From: Podarcis liolepis
Taxonomy: Eukaryota
Reading direction: 5' to 3' (one strand)
Length of the DNA stretch: 64,000 nucleotides
NCBI GenBank assembly: GCA_965112155.1
Contig: OZ218102.1
The notes below the pieces were generated by a model. It did no database searches and had not been told where the DNA came from. It saw only the letters and a program-made list of their open reading frames with translations. The first letter of the stretch is position 1. Each line of letters starts with the position of its first letter. The translations under genes and the position numbers were made by a program. Below, in pieces: positions 50,940 through 63,076 of the stretch.

Positions 50940-52372
50940 ACTGTTGTTAGCCTAGTAACAACCAATGTTTTGGGGAGTTCATTGGGAATGTGGGGAGGGA
51001 AGGAGCCTTCTTGCACTTTACAGTCCTGATAAAATCAGGCCTCCTTGTGCCTGCTTAAAAAAAAACAAAAACCCACCACAAACTGTTTCCAAGTGATACA
51101 TTTGGCATCACATGCAATTTGGCCCTTTGACAAGGAATGTTTCCCAGCCCTTCCTGCAGATGCAAGGGGATGAACCTGGGACCTCCTGCAGGAAAAGCAT
51201 GGGCTCTGCAACTTGAGCTGCAGCTCTTCGGAGGTTCTGTGCCAAAGAAAACCTCAGGAGACCTTGCTCAGGGCTGCCCTCCGGTTGTATCTAAGATCCG
51301 TTTCCTGCTGCTCCTTGGGACCCATTATGGACATGACGTCTGACTGTTCACCCCTGAGTGTAAGACTCCTAAAGAGATGACAAGGCAGGCCTGCTCAGTT
51401 GGATCTTGTATTGTGCTCAGCCTTTGACCCCTGGTCTTGTCATCCATAAACTTTGGTCTCCAGCTGTTTGGGACTACAACTCCCATCATCCCTAGCTACC
51501 AGGACCAGTGGTCAGGGATGATGGGAGTTGTAGTCCAAAACAGCTGGAGGCCCAAGTTTGGGAAACCCTGATACTCACTATTGCAGGCATGAGGAACATA
51601 GGATACTGTCTTACACTCAGTCAGACAAATGGTCCATACAGCTTAGTATTGTCTTGTCTGTTTGTTTGTACCCTGCCCACCTGACTGGGTTGCCCCAGCC
51701 ACTTTGGGTGGCTTCCAAAATATGTATAAAAACAAGATAAGACATTAAACCTTAAACAGCTTCCCTATACAAGGCTGGCTTCAGATGTCTTCTAAAGGTT
51801 ATAGAGTTACTGCTCCTGGATTAACATCCCCATTAAAGCTTTTATAACCCACTTTTTTTCTCTGAGGAGCTCAAGATTCTCCCCTCCTCAGTTAATCTCC
51901 ACAACAACCCTGTGAGGTAGGTTAAGCAGAGAGGCAGCGACTGGCCCAAATCACCCAGTGAGCTTCCTGGCCAAGTGGGGATCTGAACCCAGATCTCCCA
52001 AGACTTAGTCCGACACTCTAACCCAACCTTTCTCAACCTTGGGTCCCCGGATGTTCTTGTACCACAACTCCAATCATCCCTGAGCACTGACCATGCTGGC
52101 TAGGAATGATGGGAGTTGTAGTCCAACAACATCCGGGGAACTAAGGTTGAGAAAGGCTGCTCTAACCACTATACCACACTGACTTAAAATAAAAATAAAA
52201 ATCAGCATTTTAAAATTCTGCATTTTTTAAACTGTTCCCCTCTCCTTTTCTCACCCTCCTGTCCTGCCCCACTCCATTCTCTCATTCCTTTGAATGGTTA
52301 AATCAGAAAGCTTTAGAATGGGATTGTACTTGTGAGCCACAGTGGCAACTGTATCCAGAAAGGTGGGTGCAA

Positions 52373-52434
<62 letters not shown>

Positions 52435-55400
52435 ATAATAATAATAATAATGACGACGATGACTCTGAGGCACGCTTGAGTTGGGGACTTTGTCTGAATG
52501 CACTGCCATGTGAGAGATTGTCATGTGACTTGGCATTTTCAAAGGTTCTTTCTATAGTCCCCTCATACTCTGAAGCAGAGAACATGAGTCACAATTCCAT
52601 CTCTCCCCCACTAATTACGCTCTTAATGTTAGTGCTCCTTGGCCCCGCATTATACTCAGTGGCGGGTGACATTCACTGGGTTGTTTTGCAGAGCGCCAGT
52701 TATATCCTGAGTCTCCAATGTAGTATTCTTATTTGTGGTTTCTGTGTAGACCCGCCCTTGGGCTATGTGCCTCTGCTCATGAGAGCTGTGGAAGTCTGTA
52801 GAGCAGTGGTCCATGGTCTGCAAGCTTCGTTCAGAGAGCTCACGGTGTGTCTGTGGATTTGGGCTGGAGACAGGAGCTGGCCCACCCATCACATAAAATA
52901 TTGGCATTGATTTTTAATTGTATCTTATTGCTTTTTTATTGCAGTGGTTCCCAACTAGCTAAGTACTGCAGGCCCCCTGTATTTCAAAAGCCAAGCCCGA
53001 CTTTTTAAAATGTTGATATCTCTATGGTAGTTTTTGTTGCGTGAATGGTGCCATGGATCCCATGGGTGGGTTACAAACCACCAACTGGGAATCACTGTTT
53101 TACTGCATTATCTTTTGAATTCCATGGAATTCTAATTGAAATACTGTTGACTCGCAGCTTATGTGCATTTAACTTGTGCGATCCCAGCTTTAACTGGTTG
53201 TATCCCAGAAGGCAGGGGGACGGCAGAGTGGGGGGGGGGGGACCTTTGGCAACCCCACCTCCCATTGCACACACCTTGGGAGAGCCGTTCAGAGGTGCAG
53301 GGAGAGTCTGTAGCTGCCTTGGAAGAGACTGCAGAGGTGCGGGGAGAATGCTGTGCTGTGCTTTTTATGGTTTAAAACGTTGTTTTGACTATACACAATT
53401 TTGGCTTTATGCGCTATTCCCCAGAATGTAACCCCCATAAATTGAGAGTCAACTGTACAATAAAATGCTACGTATAAGAGATTAACCTTCAACATTGCAC
53501 TGTTATCCTCCATCAGTGCAACCATTTCTGGATAATCTTCCCTCTCTTCTTCCTTCCTCTGATTCTCCAGAGCAGATTTAGGGGAGGTGCAGGGGGGCCC
53601 ATGGAAGGAGGAAGGAAAGCCCCATCATTCTCGTGGGATCGTTTGGTTGGCTTCCGCTAGCACACCAGGTTAATTGAATTTGGGCTAGAGGGTTGCATTC
53701 AACTAAGTCTTACTCAAAGTTGAGCCACTGAAATGAATAAACCTGAGTTAGTCATGTCCATTAACTTCAGTGTGTCTGCTGTGAGTAGGACTAGTATTGA
53801 ATACAGCCCAAAAGAAGCCGTAGAAACCATACAGCATCTAGCACAGCACATTTGCTGCAACAGGCGAAAATAATAATTTAAGTGCTGTGCCGTGACCCTC
53901 AGCAATTTCGAAGTGGTCCCTGGGGGGAACGTTTGGGGACATAAGATGAGCCTTCCGGATCAGACCAATGGCTCTTGTAGTCTAGCATCCTGTTTTCACA
54001 GTGGCTAAACCGATGCCTGTGGGAAGCCTGCAAGATGGACTGTCCCAGAAAATGAGCTGAGGAAGGGATGTGCCTGCCTCTCGGAACATGCTCCAAGGGG
54101 TGTAGCAAACACCTTCCTGTGTAGCCCAGAACATTCCTGGCAATTTCACATCTAGCCCAGTAATTAGGCTCGTAATGTTGGTCTTGTTTGCCACATCATT
54201 ATCCCCAATAGTAGGTTGCAATCCCCGTATTATTTTGCAGAGCAACAGTTATGACCTTCCTGAGCTTGGATATGTTTGTTAATATCTGACATGGCATTAA
54301 CTTTTTGTGCCAAATCATCTCAAAAGGTGGCTCATGTTTAGTTTGTTATTCTGTACACACACACACACCAAGACTATCCACACAATGCTTCTTCTGCAGG
54401 TTCTCTCTTCTTTATAGATGTACATTCTTGCAATCTTTCCTGTGTTATGCTCCGTATGTATCCTATTAAATTTCATCAGTTTGTGTTCCTGGCACAGATC
54501 TGCGGTGTATCGAGAGCAAAAAGAGAGTTTGTCCTCTCCTCTGTGGGGCTTTTAGCCCCCTCCCGTTCTATACTCAATTAAAAGAAAACCTTTCATAGCC
54601 TTCCCTGTTTAATGCTGAGTTATTATTTCCCGAGACAGCTTTCCACTCAAATTGTGAGGCTCCCTGCTTTGTATTAGCTGTTCCTCAACTTGGTTGCGTG
54701 CACAGTTTTTGGATGACACATTTAGAAAATATTTGGAAGGCCAAAACAAAGCTAAGATGGAGAATGCAAGATTTTGTGCAGAGATAAAAACGGAGGAAAT
54801 GTGCCTGTTCGGAGTGGGAGATTGAGGAGAGATGTGGGAGGTATTGAAATGTCCCCCTTTTAAATCACTGTTAAGAAAAACGAGTTTCCTTTCGAAGGGA
54901 GGTATAGGGGTGTTTTGTCTGCAGCTATGCACCTGCTGGCTTTGTTTTGGGGTGCCTCGTGGATCCTGCCTCTGGTAAAGGAGCAGAACTTGAATAAGAC
55001 ACTCAAGAATCCATGTCACAATTAGGGAGAGAACCCCGATGAACTGAACTTTTCTCAGAGGAGCCCCTGCCTTGCTGTAGCTCATCCTTTGCCAGCCTTG
55101 CAACTCACCAGACTCCAGCTCCCTGGCTTATTCTCTGGCTAATTCCCTGTGCTATAAATACTGCCTGGGGTGACAAACTCCCTAAGGCGGTGGTCAGGGC
55201 GGTGGCCGTGGAGGAAAAGCTCTGCCAGTGGCTACGTGACTCGTGCCAGGCTGTGGAAAGGGCGGGGCAATGGCTGGCAGAGGAAAGGGTCTAGCTAGGG
55301 TGAATCTCTTGCTTTGGGACACCCCCATTTGAAGCCTCCCTCTCCCTCTGCAGGTCGCAATGAACCTTTGAAGAAAGACCGTCCCAAGTGGAAGAGCGAC

Positions 55401-56666
55401 TACCCCATGACCGATGGGCAGCTGCGGAGCAAACGGGACGAGTTCTGGGACACGGCACCAGCCTTCGAGGGCCGCAAGGAGATCTGGGATGCGCTCAAGG
55501 CTGCTGCCTATGCAGTGGAGGCGAATGACCACGGGCTAGCGCAGGCCATTATTGACGGTGCTGGAGTGACCTTGCCCCACGGTATGTGATGCGGGACGGG
55601 AAGGGGGCAAGAGAAGAAATGACACAGGGCTAGTTCTTTCTGCCTTATCTCTTGCCAGAGGTAGAAATCATGCCCTGTGCTGTGAGTGTAAAATGGGAAG
55701 TTCTATCCAGGCAAAAATCATAAAGCTGGAATAGGCAATTGGTGCTCCTCTCTAGGTTCGTTGGACTGCAATCCCATAATCCTTGCATGACTGTTGGCCA
55801 TGTTGACTGGGCTCATAGGAGCTGGGAGCTGGAGGGCCAGAGATTCTCCCATCCCTGTTTTAGGGCCTGAAGTCCCTGTTTGAACCCCTTGCCTGCCTGC
55901 CACAGTACAAGCACACATGTGCACCTGCAAACCCAAGACAGCAGCAAATGTGTGCTTATCGCCATGCATATTATGCAGGTTAGACACACACGGAAGTAAT
56001 AATTGGCCATGCCTCCCTGCTACTTGTCTCCACTGTGAGAAATGTGTTTACTGCCACAAAATATATGAAGTGTCCTCAGAGCTGGTACTTCCAGGATTCT
56101 TGAGCTCCTTTGATCCCTTCTGTACACATTTGTTCCTGGAATAAGGACAACATTCTCCCAAGACCTGAACAAACTGAGACAGCTTTGCACTGTACCTGCC
56201 ACTTCACCTTCAGGAGGAAAGAGAAAAAGTGCCAACTTCATCCTTGTTACCCTGTGTTAGTCTCCGTATGGATGAAGCATTTATTTGTTTATTTATTAAC
56301 ATTGTATTCTACTCTTCCTCCCAAAGGGGCAAACATCAAAATGTTAAAACAATACAATCTTAAAAACAGAAAAAGTACAACTTTTTGAAACAATTTAAAA
56401 CTGTCTAAACACATTTAAAAGCAGTCACATACCCTCACAGCTACTATTTTCAATGTTGTCATGTCCAGTACCCATCAAATGCCTGTGTAGTGGCACCTGC
56501 CCTGTGGAACACCCTCCCACCAGATGTCAAAGAGAAAAACAACTACCAGACTTTTAGAAGACATCTGAAGGCAGCCCTGTTTAGGGAAGCTTTTAATGTT
56601 TAACAGACTATTGTATTTTAATATTTTGTTGGAAGCCGCCCAGAGTGGCTGGGGTATAAATAATAA

Positions 56667-56716
<50 letters not shown>

Positions 56717-57766
56717 AAAACAGGGAAGTTTTAAATTTCTCCTGAAAGCCAATAATGAGGGAGACAGATTCACTTAATCCTGGAGGGGCGTTCTACAAAT
56801 GGGGAGCCACGAACAAGAAGGCCCTGCCATGGGTCAAAATACCAACTGGACAGCAGCCAGAGTTAGTATGACTTACAGGGCCTCACCTGCCAATCATAGG
56901 GCCTGGGGTGCTTAATGTTGCGGGAGATGCGCCTTTAAATACTTGGTTCCCAAGCCATTTAGGGCTTTGTACACCAGCACTCACATCTTGAATTGGGCTC
57001 AGTAACTTGCTGGCAGCTCACTGGCAGCTGGGGTGTGATAGGTGGCTGGGCAAGGTTAGAGAGTTGGACTAGGACCTGGGAGACCAGGGTTCAAATCCGC
57101 ACTTGGCCATGAAGCTCACTGAGCGAGCTTGGCCCAGTCTCTTCTCTCAGCCTAGGCTACCTCACAGGGATGCTGTGCAGATTGAATGAGGAGGTGGAGA
57201 ACCACGTAGGCCACCTTGAGCTCCTTGGAGAGGAAAAAAAGGAAATATAAATAAATTAAATAAGGAGAGGAAATGGAAAGCTTACATTTAGTTTGGTTTA
57301 GAATCGAGGGGAAGAGACTTGGTTCCGTTCCCCCCTGTAAGCCTCTCACGCCCCCTGCTGGCGCTTTCTTTCTCCTGCAGGCTCCCTCACCGAGTGCTAT
57401 GACGAACTGGGTAACCGCTACCAGCTTCCAGTCTACTGCCTGGCCCCCCCTGTCAACCTGATCATGGAGCGGAGCGAGGAGGAGGGCGTGGAGCCCCCCG
57501 AGCCAACGCCCAACACCCGGCGCGAATTCCCCCTCAAAGTCCGCCTCTCCACGGGCAAGGACCTGCGCCTGAGCGCCAGCATGACAGACACTATCGGGCA
57601 GTTGAAGAAGCAGCTGTACGCCCAGGAAGGACTGGAGCCCGCCTGGCAGCGCTGGTTTTTCTCGGGCAAGCTCCTGACGGACAGGAGCCGCCTGCAGGAG
57701 ACCAAGATCCAGAAGGACTTTGTCATCCAAGTCATCATCAACCAGCCGCCTGCACCGAGGAACTGA
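36062..57766 (+). CDS. UBTD1: Ubiquitin domain-containing protein 1, 227 aa
   Basis: join(36062..36131,55354..55581,57381..57766) = 684 nt. MGSCVG N-terminus (myristoylation-type), [52 protein letters not shown] and a C-terminal ubiquitin-like domain ([12 protein letters not shown]...FVIQVII). Assigned to UBTD1 rather than UBTD2 by synteny with MMS19 and ANKRD2. Confidence 0.96.
40566..40791 (-). mobile_element. Tc1/mariner MITE, copy 2 (opposite orientation)
   Basis: Same TIRs and internal sequence as 2387-2616, reverse-complemented; TA flanks. Confidence 0.92.
42560..43390 (-). mobile_element. CR1-like LINE 3' fragment, split by a Sauria SINE
   Basis: CATAAGAACATAAGA tail repeats; AATTTGTCTTATCCTCTTTTAAA...GAGTTCCACCG matches CR1 ORF2-end features. 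Confidence 0.75.
42763..43099 (-). mobile_element. Sauria-type SINE (near full length)
   Basis: Minus strand starts GGGACGCGGGTGGTGCTGTGG (tRNA head, GTTCGAATCCC B-box) and ends (ACCTTT)n; 15-bp TSD TAGTTACTSTGGCTA at 42748-42762 and 43100-43114. Confidence 0.9.
44542..44767 (+). mobile_element. Tc1/mariner MITE, copy 3, inserted in a CR1 fragment
   Basis: Same TIRs and internal sequence; TA flanks. Confidence 0.92.
45704..45734. repeat. (GT)n microsatellite
   Basis: About 15 units. Confidence 0.97.
50893..50938. repeat. (AC)n microsatellite
   Basis: About 23 units. Confidence 0.97.
51443..51570. mobile_element. Palindromic hAT MITE (same family as 10180)
   Basis: GGACTACAACTCCCATCATCCCT / AGGGATGATGGGAGTTGTAGTCC arms; ends GTTTGGGAAACCCTG. 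Confidence 0.8.
51845..52182 (-). mobile_element. tRNA-derived CORE/MIR-like SINE, split by a hAT MITE
   Basis: ACAACAACCCTGTGAGGTAG...GACTGGCCCAA..TCACCCAGTGAGCTTC...TGAACCC; related copies at 57040-57262 (+) and 61590-61798 (-). Confidence 0.75.
52024..52159. mobile_element. Palindromic hAT MITE with perfect 8-bp TSD
   Basis: TIR CAACCTTTCTCAACC...GGTTGAGAAAGGCTG; TSD CTCTAACC at 52016-52023 and 52160-52167. Confidence 0.9.
52375..52452. repeat. Compound (AAT)n(AGT)n(AAT)n microsatellite
   Basis: Seen directly. Confidence 0.97.
52942..53097. mobile_element. hAT non-autonomous element
   Basis: TIR CAGTGGTTCCCA...TGGGAATCACTG; 8-bp TSD TTTTATTG / TTTTACTG. Confidence 0.8.
53144..53455. mobile_element. 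Tigger-like non-autonomous element
   Basis: TA-flanked termini CTGTTGACTC...GAGTCAACTG; short related element at about 41150-41236. Confidence 0.7.
56487..56715 (+). mobile_element. L2-like LINE 3' end with (TTA)n tail
   Basis: GTGGAACACCCTCCCACCAGATGTCAA...GGAAGCCGCCCAGAGTGGCTGGGG then (TTA)n 56668-56715. Confidence 0.75.
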
Positions 57767-58495
57767 GCTGGAGGCGGGTGGTGCGACGCCCGGCCTTCAA
57801 CCCAGGGACTGAGATTGCAGGAGGCTGCTCTTGCGCCTGGAGGGGGAGCCCAGCAGGTGGCGCCCTTGGAACCAGGGCCGGAAGGTTCCCCAGCGGCCCC
57901 TGAGAAATTGCACACACTCACTCGCTGCAAGAGGCAGCAGACTGAGTTGACAGCGCAGATGGGCAAAGTGGTTTATCCCCGTGGTTTGTCTCTCGGGGCC
58001 CTTTTGGGCCAATTTTTTTAAACTCCCAGAACCCCAAGGATCGGACCTCCCCCCTCTTCCCAAATTATCCAGGCTCTGGGCTCGGCTGGCACCGAAACAC
58101 ATGCCTCTCCCCGCCCCCTTGCTCAGCTCCAGTCCGGGCTGAGCTGCCTGCACTTGAGCCTATATGACGGATTGTGGACGCTGTCTCCTGGGCACAGCTC
58201 TTGTCGTTTGGGCACTGAGAAGCTGGAGACCAAAGCGTCCCTGACATGAGGGACCAGGCTGGGCCCAGGGCTGCACTACGTGGGTCAAAATACCCTGCCG
58301 GTTCTGGCTCCCCATTTCCAGGCCACTGAATGAGACCTTGAGTAATGCTGAGGTTAGCCCTCTTTGCACAATTTCATGGGATGAGCCCAGCGAGGCAGCT
58401 GCTGCTCGTCCTGGTTTTATGGGCAGCCCCTCAACCAGATAAGGTGCGATACGGGGGAAGATGGTTTGTATGTATAGGTATCAGTGTAATTTATC

Positions 58496-58501
58496 AATAA
58501 A
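58496..58501 (+). terminator. UBTD1 polyadenylation signal
   Basis: AATAAA about 730 nt after the stop, with upstream TGTA motifs. Confidence 0.75.
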
Positions 58502-59776
58502 GCCTTTTCCAACTAGCCTGGAGCCTGATTTCAGCCGGGAACTTGCTTTGGGTGCCTTCGCTTTCTGCAAGCGTCGAACGACTTAAAGAACCGGCCTTAT
58601 GAACTTGGTAAGCTGGATTTGCTTTTGAAGGAAGAGGTTGTCAGGCTGACCTTTGCAATGCAATGCCTGAGCATCTCCAGAAGGGCAATGGGCAATTTGC
58701 ATGAGGCAAACCAGGTAGGAAAGGCTGTAGCTCAGAGGGAGAGCAATTGCCTTCATGCGGAAGGTCCCAGGATTAACCCCAAGTGGGACTGGGAGGGATT
58801 ACTTCCTGAAGCCGTAGAGAGCCTGTCAGTGTAGACAAGGCTAAGTGAAGTAGACCAATGGTCTGTCTCAGTATAAGGCAGCTTCCTGTCTCCCTAGGAA
58901 CCTGAAACTCAAGTCAAATCCAAATTTCAATGTGGAACTAGAAGTTGCCTGGAGTAATGTGGCTGTTAACCAGAAGGTTGGTGTTCAAGGCCACCCAGGG
59001 ATAGCTGTGGACAGGAATCCTGCATCGCAGGGAGGGGTGGACTAGATGGCCCTCAGGGTCCCTTCTAAATTACTATTCTGTGATTCTGTGAACTACATAG
59101 TGGCCACGATAACAAAAATGGGGGGCTGATGGAACATGTGGGGAACCCACTGCAGATGAGAGGAATGGCTGCCCATTTCCTCCTGTACTTCTCCGTTCCA
59201 GGCCTTTTTCTTACCTTCTTCCCATCAGCTGGTCTTGTTTCCCTTTTCACAGCCTGGCTGGAAAGGGGAGAAATAGACACTGCCTGCACAGAAGAGGACC
59301 AGGCAGCGAAGGTTTGTGCACCACTTGTGCCCTTAGCAAGGGGAGGGAAATGTGGGTTGGGAGCCCCCAGACTCCCCTTGTAAGGTCTAGCTTGACCTTC
59401 TGATCCTAGTTCTCTGGCCACATCTAGTCAAGAGGTTTTTGAGACAGCACACCAGACGAATACGTTGAAAAATGGTACCGCTAACACGTCTTAGGCTTAT
59501 CTTACTGCTACAGTGGTCTATCTGTTTTTAAAAAGGATGCACGCCCTCTGTGTGCAGGTGCTATTTGCCCACCTGGAAAGCACAAAGGAGGGAGGGGAGG
59601 GCAAGGGAAATGAAAAGAGCAGAACCCGTGTGGAAGATCCACTTGGCCAAGCTCTGCTTGATGGAAGGTCAAGCATGGACAGAAGTGCTCAGCAGTTCAC
59701 ATGACATGTGTAAAGCACTGCTTCTGAACATTTACACGTGTGGTCTTCTGCATTACTATTTAATACTATTATTACT

Positions 59777-60076
59777 TGAAATATACTCAGAGTCGCAAAG
59801 TGATTTCATGCTCTTTATTCAGCTCATAGTGGTGAGGAGGAATGAATGAAAATCCCCTCAAAGTTTCTGCTTTATATACATTATTTACACAATGGGCTGC
59901 ACATGATTGGTTAATTCTGGAATTCTACTATAAGCCAATCAGGTTGTGGATTCACTTATATCTGGAGCATGATTGGGTTTTTCTTGGACCAATCAGACTG
60001 CTGCATTCTGAATCCTATTGTTCTAGGACCAATCAGACTGCTGCAGTTTGGATCCTATTCAACTCAGTACATAACA
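59777..60076 (-). mobile_element. Solo LTR (300 bp)
   Basis: TG...CA termini; 5-bp TSD TTACT (59772-59776, 60077-60081); minus-strand order of CCAAT cluster, TATATAAA (59871-59878) and AATAAA (59814-59819); internal 40-bp tandem repeat. Confidence 0.85.
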
Positions 60077-60194
60077 TTACTATAATCTGTAGACCTCAGG
60101 ACAATTTACATCATCATAATCTTCATTATTATTATTTGTATACCGCCCTATACCTGCAGGTCTCAGGGCGGTTCACAACATAAATATAAAGAAT

Positions 60195-60290
60195 TGTTGT
60201 TGTTGTTTAGTCGTTTAGTCATGGACCCCATGGACCAGAGCACGCCAGGCACTCCTGTCTTCCACTGCCTCCCGCAGTTTGGTCAAAATT
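60195..60290 (-). mobile_element. RTE/BovB-like LINE, extreme 3' end
   Basis: Minus strand ends ...GGCGTGCTCTGGTCCATGGGGTC...GACTAAACGACTAAAC(AAC)n; TSD TATAAAGAAT at 60185-60194 and 60291-60300. Confidence 0.75.
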
Positions 60291-62329
60291 TATAAAGAAT
60301 ACAGAATGCATAATAAAAATAGGAACAACAAGGAACCCCAAATCCCCCCTGTTATTCAAAGGCAGAGGTAGTGATGGAAGAGGATTAGACAAATTCGTAG
60401 AGGATGAGACTATTATAGCCACTAGCCCTGGCGGCTATGTTCTCCCTTCACTGCCAGAGAAAGCATGCCTCAATACCAGTACTTACCAGTTTCTCCAAAG
60501 CAGCATACAAGATTTCATGTGAACCAGCATCCACATCTAGCTATTAAGCGACCATCAGTTCCCATCAGATTCATACATTGGTTTTGTTCTGTGGCACTCG
60601 TACAGCTGCCATTCTTTAAAAACAGCGTGTGACTAAATTAATATGCATACTTGCTCTCCTTATAGGTTAGTTTGGGGTCAGGACTGTCTAATGAAACAGG
60701 GCTGGTGACAAAAAGAGCACCCACGGATTTGTAAGATGGGCCAGGATATATTTGGACAGGTCCTCCTCCTTGCTGCTTGACTGCTGTGGCTCATCCTGGC
60801 CTCTTATCACCTCGGAAGCTGCCTTGCAGGCTTGGAAGGCATCCCACGTCATTAATTCTCAGACTGGTTCTTGGGAAATGGGATGTTATCTCCATCCTGT
60901 TGTGCAGAAGAGCACCCTGGAGCTCAGGAACGACTTAAGTAGCACTGCTGTCACGGTACAATTGGGGGCTATGAGTCTGAGAGGGATAGACTGATGTGTC
61001 TGTTGCCATAAATAACTTCCAGCTCATCCCTTCCTGGTGTCCTCTCACCTGCCCCCCTCCCCACTTCACCCGATGTTATTCATCCTGTTCCACCACACTT
61101 TCTGTTCCAGGCTTTGTGCCTATGTTAGCTGCTTGGCAGGTTGGTAAGCTGTTTCCTGGCAGAGACCAGTGGCTTGGGCTAGTGCCCTCGTGAGCAGGCT
61201 CCTCTGGAGATTTTGGCACCCACAGCAGAGGGCAAAAATGCCCTTCGGGTATCATGTGTCTCATCACAGAGGCAGGAGTTCTATGCTGGGGGAGCAGCAG
61301 CCACTAAGGCTAGTGATGGAAGCCTTTTAGAAGAAGGTTGGTTGGTTGACTTTGTTGATTTACATGCCGCCTTCACATAATGAGCGATGCCCAAAGTGAC
61401 TTACAAGTTACAACAAACATTCACTTATCAAAATACAAAGCACTGGGGGGAAAGGCCAGTTTACAAAATGTATTGATAAATTCAGATACCTCTATTCCCA
61501 GGTAGCACTTTAAAAAAGGGGGTGGTCCTTGATTCCAGAAGCTCATAGTCATCGCAGGATGGATACCCCTAATTTTCACACTGGAATATTTATCATTTAT
61601 TACATTTATATACCTTTATCTTCCAGGGATTTCAAGGGGGTGTACATGGTTCCCATCCTCACAACAACCCTGTGAGGTATGTTAGGCTAAGAGATGGTGA
61701 CTGGCCCAGGTTCACCCAGTGAGCTTCATGGCTGAGCAGGGATTTGAACCCTGTTCTCCTAAGTCCCAGTCCAACGCTCTACCCATTGCGCCACACTGAA
61801 CAGAAGGTGGTGGACTGCTAGAAATTTTAAAGCAGTGGCTGGATTTTCAGGGAAGTTGCTGGAGTGGTTTTCCTGCATTGACAGGTGGCTGAACTAGAGG
61901 AACTTTGGAGATCCCTCCCAACCTGATGGTTTTATTACGGCCATATTTCAGATGCTACAGCTTTTGAAATTATGATCGGCAGCTTTGTGCAGGGATCACC
62001 ACTTTTGGAAACTCCCATGTGTATGTGGAGTTTGTGGGATGTATGTGCGCATGACAATACAAATCTCCCAGGAGTGACTCATAGGACAACTCGGGAAGCT
62101 TGCAGCTGGGCACGGAGCCACAATCCCTGTCCCCAATGTATCCAGGAGAAGGACATCAGCCTATATGGAATGGACAAATCTTCCCCAGGAGTCAAGGGGG
62201 AAACTCAGTGCTCACCTCCCGATTGGGAGGGAGTGTCTGGCTACTAATGGGTCGTTTTTAGGAAGGGTGAGCTGTGTGCTGTTGGAAAAGGAGAGATTGC
62301 GACAAGCTGAGCTCACGGCAAAGGCCTTT

Positions 62330-62460
62330 GGGGTGGGGAATGTGAACAGGGTCACTTGGGCAGGGTCACTTTTAAGTCAGCGGCTGTGAACGGACAGGAG
62401 CAGGTCCACAGAGTCCTGCATAAAGCTTGGGAAGAGAGCATAACCAGGATCAGGGGGAGT
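62330..62460 (+). promoter_or_regulatory. Candidate ANKRD2 proximal promoter
   Basis: CATAAAG TATA-like element about 70 nt upstream of the ATG; duplicated CAGGGTCACTT at 62347-62357 and 62361-62371. Confidence 0.5.
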
Positions 62461-62488
62461 GTTGGGGAGGATTCACAACTCCAGGATA

Positions 62489-62578
62489 ATGGCAGAGAAG
62501 ATGGCTGTGGACCAGGGGGTGAAGTGGGCAACAGACCTGATTGAACAGAAGCTGGCCCTGGAGGAGGAGGAAGAGCAG
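62489..62578 (+). CDS. ANKRD2: Ankyrin repeat domain 2 (muscle ankyrin repeat protein), first coding exon; gene continues beyond the window
   Basis: MAEKMAVDQGVKWATDLIEQKLALEEEEEQ then CAG|GTGAGT. Resembles the recalled ANKRD2 N-terminus (AT.LIEQ.LA.EEE) and sits at the expected syntenic position after UBTD1. Confidence 0.85.
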
Positions 62579-63076
62579 GTGAGTCTTGGGGATGCATTCC
62601 TGGGACTCAGGAGGCAGACCCAGTGGCTGTGCTGGATGGGGCCTGGATTCCTGGATATCCACGGGAGGGAGACTTGACCCACAGAGAAGGATCTCATGTT
62701 CTTGCCAACCACAGGAGATGGGACAGCTTTACTATGAAGTGGTGTGAAATGGTTGTTTCGAAGCAGCCGATTTATTTCCTGTAACCTCCTTTCCATGTAA
62801 TTAGCAACTAATATATTGGAAAGGGGGTCACCATTTTGACTGTTCAAGTAAGGGATGTTTAAGGCTGGCACTGTTATCTCTGCCCCAAATGAAAATGTAA
62901 TAGAAAAAAGACGGTCACGGAATGCAGAAATTGCACAAAACAAATGAAATACCGTGAAAATCCCTAAAACAAGAAGTAATCGACTATAAAGATTATCTTG
63001 TGGAAATCAACTAAATAATAAAAAAAAATCAAAAAGCTTAAGGAAAAAAATTAGAAAAACCTAAAACAGAACAAAG

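Noticed and set aside
52303-52910. Poly-Y, poly-L and poly-N/S ORFs
   Set aside because: Translations of the (AAT)n(AGT)n microsatellite.
57152-57966. Long antisense ORFs over UBTD1 exon 3
   Set aside because: Shadow ORFs of GC3-rich coding sequence.
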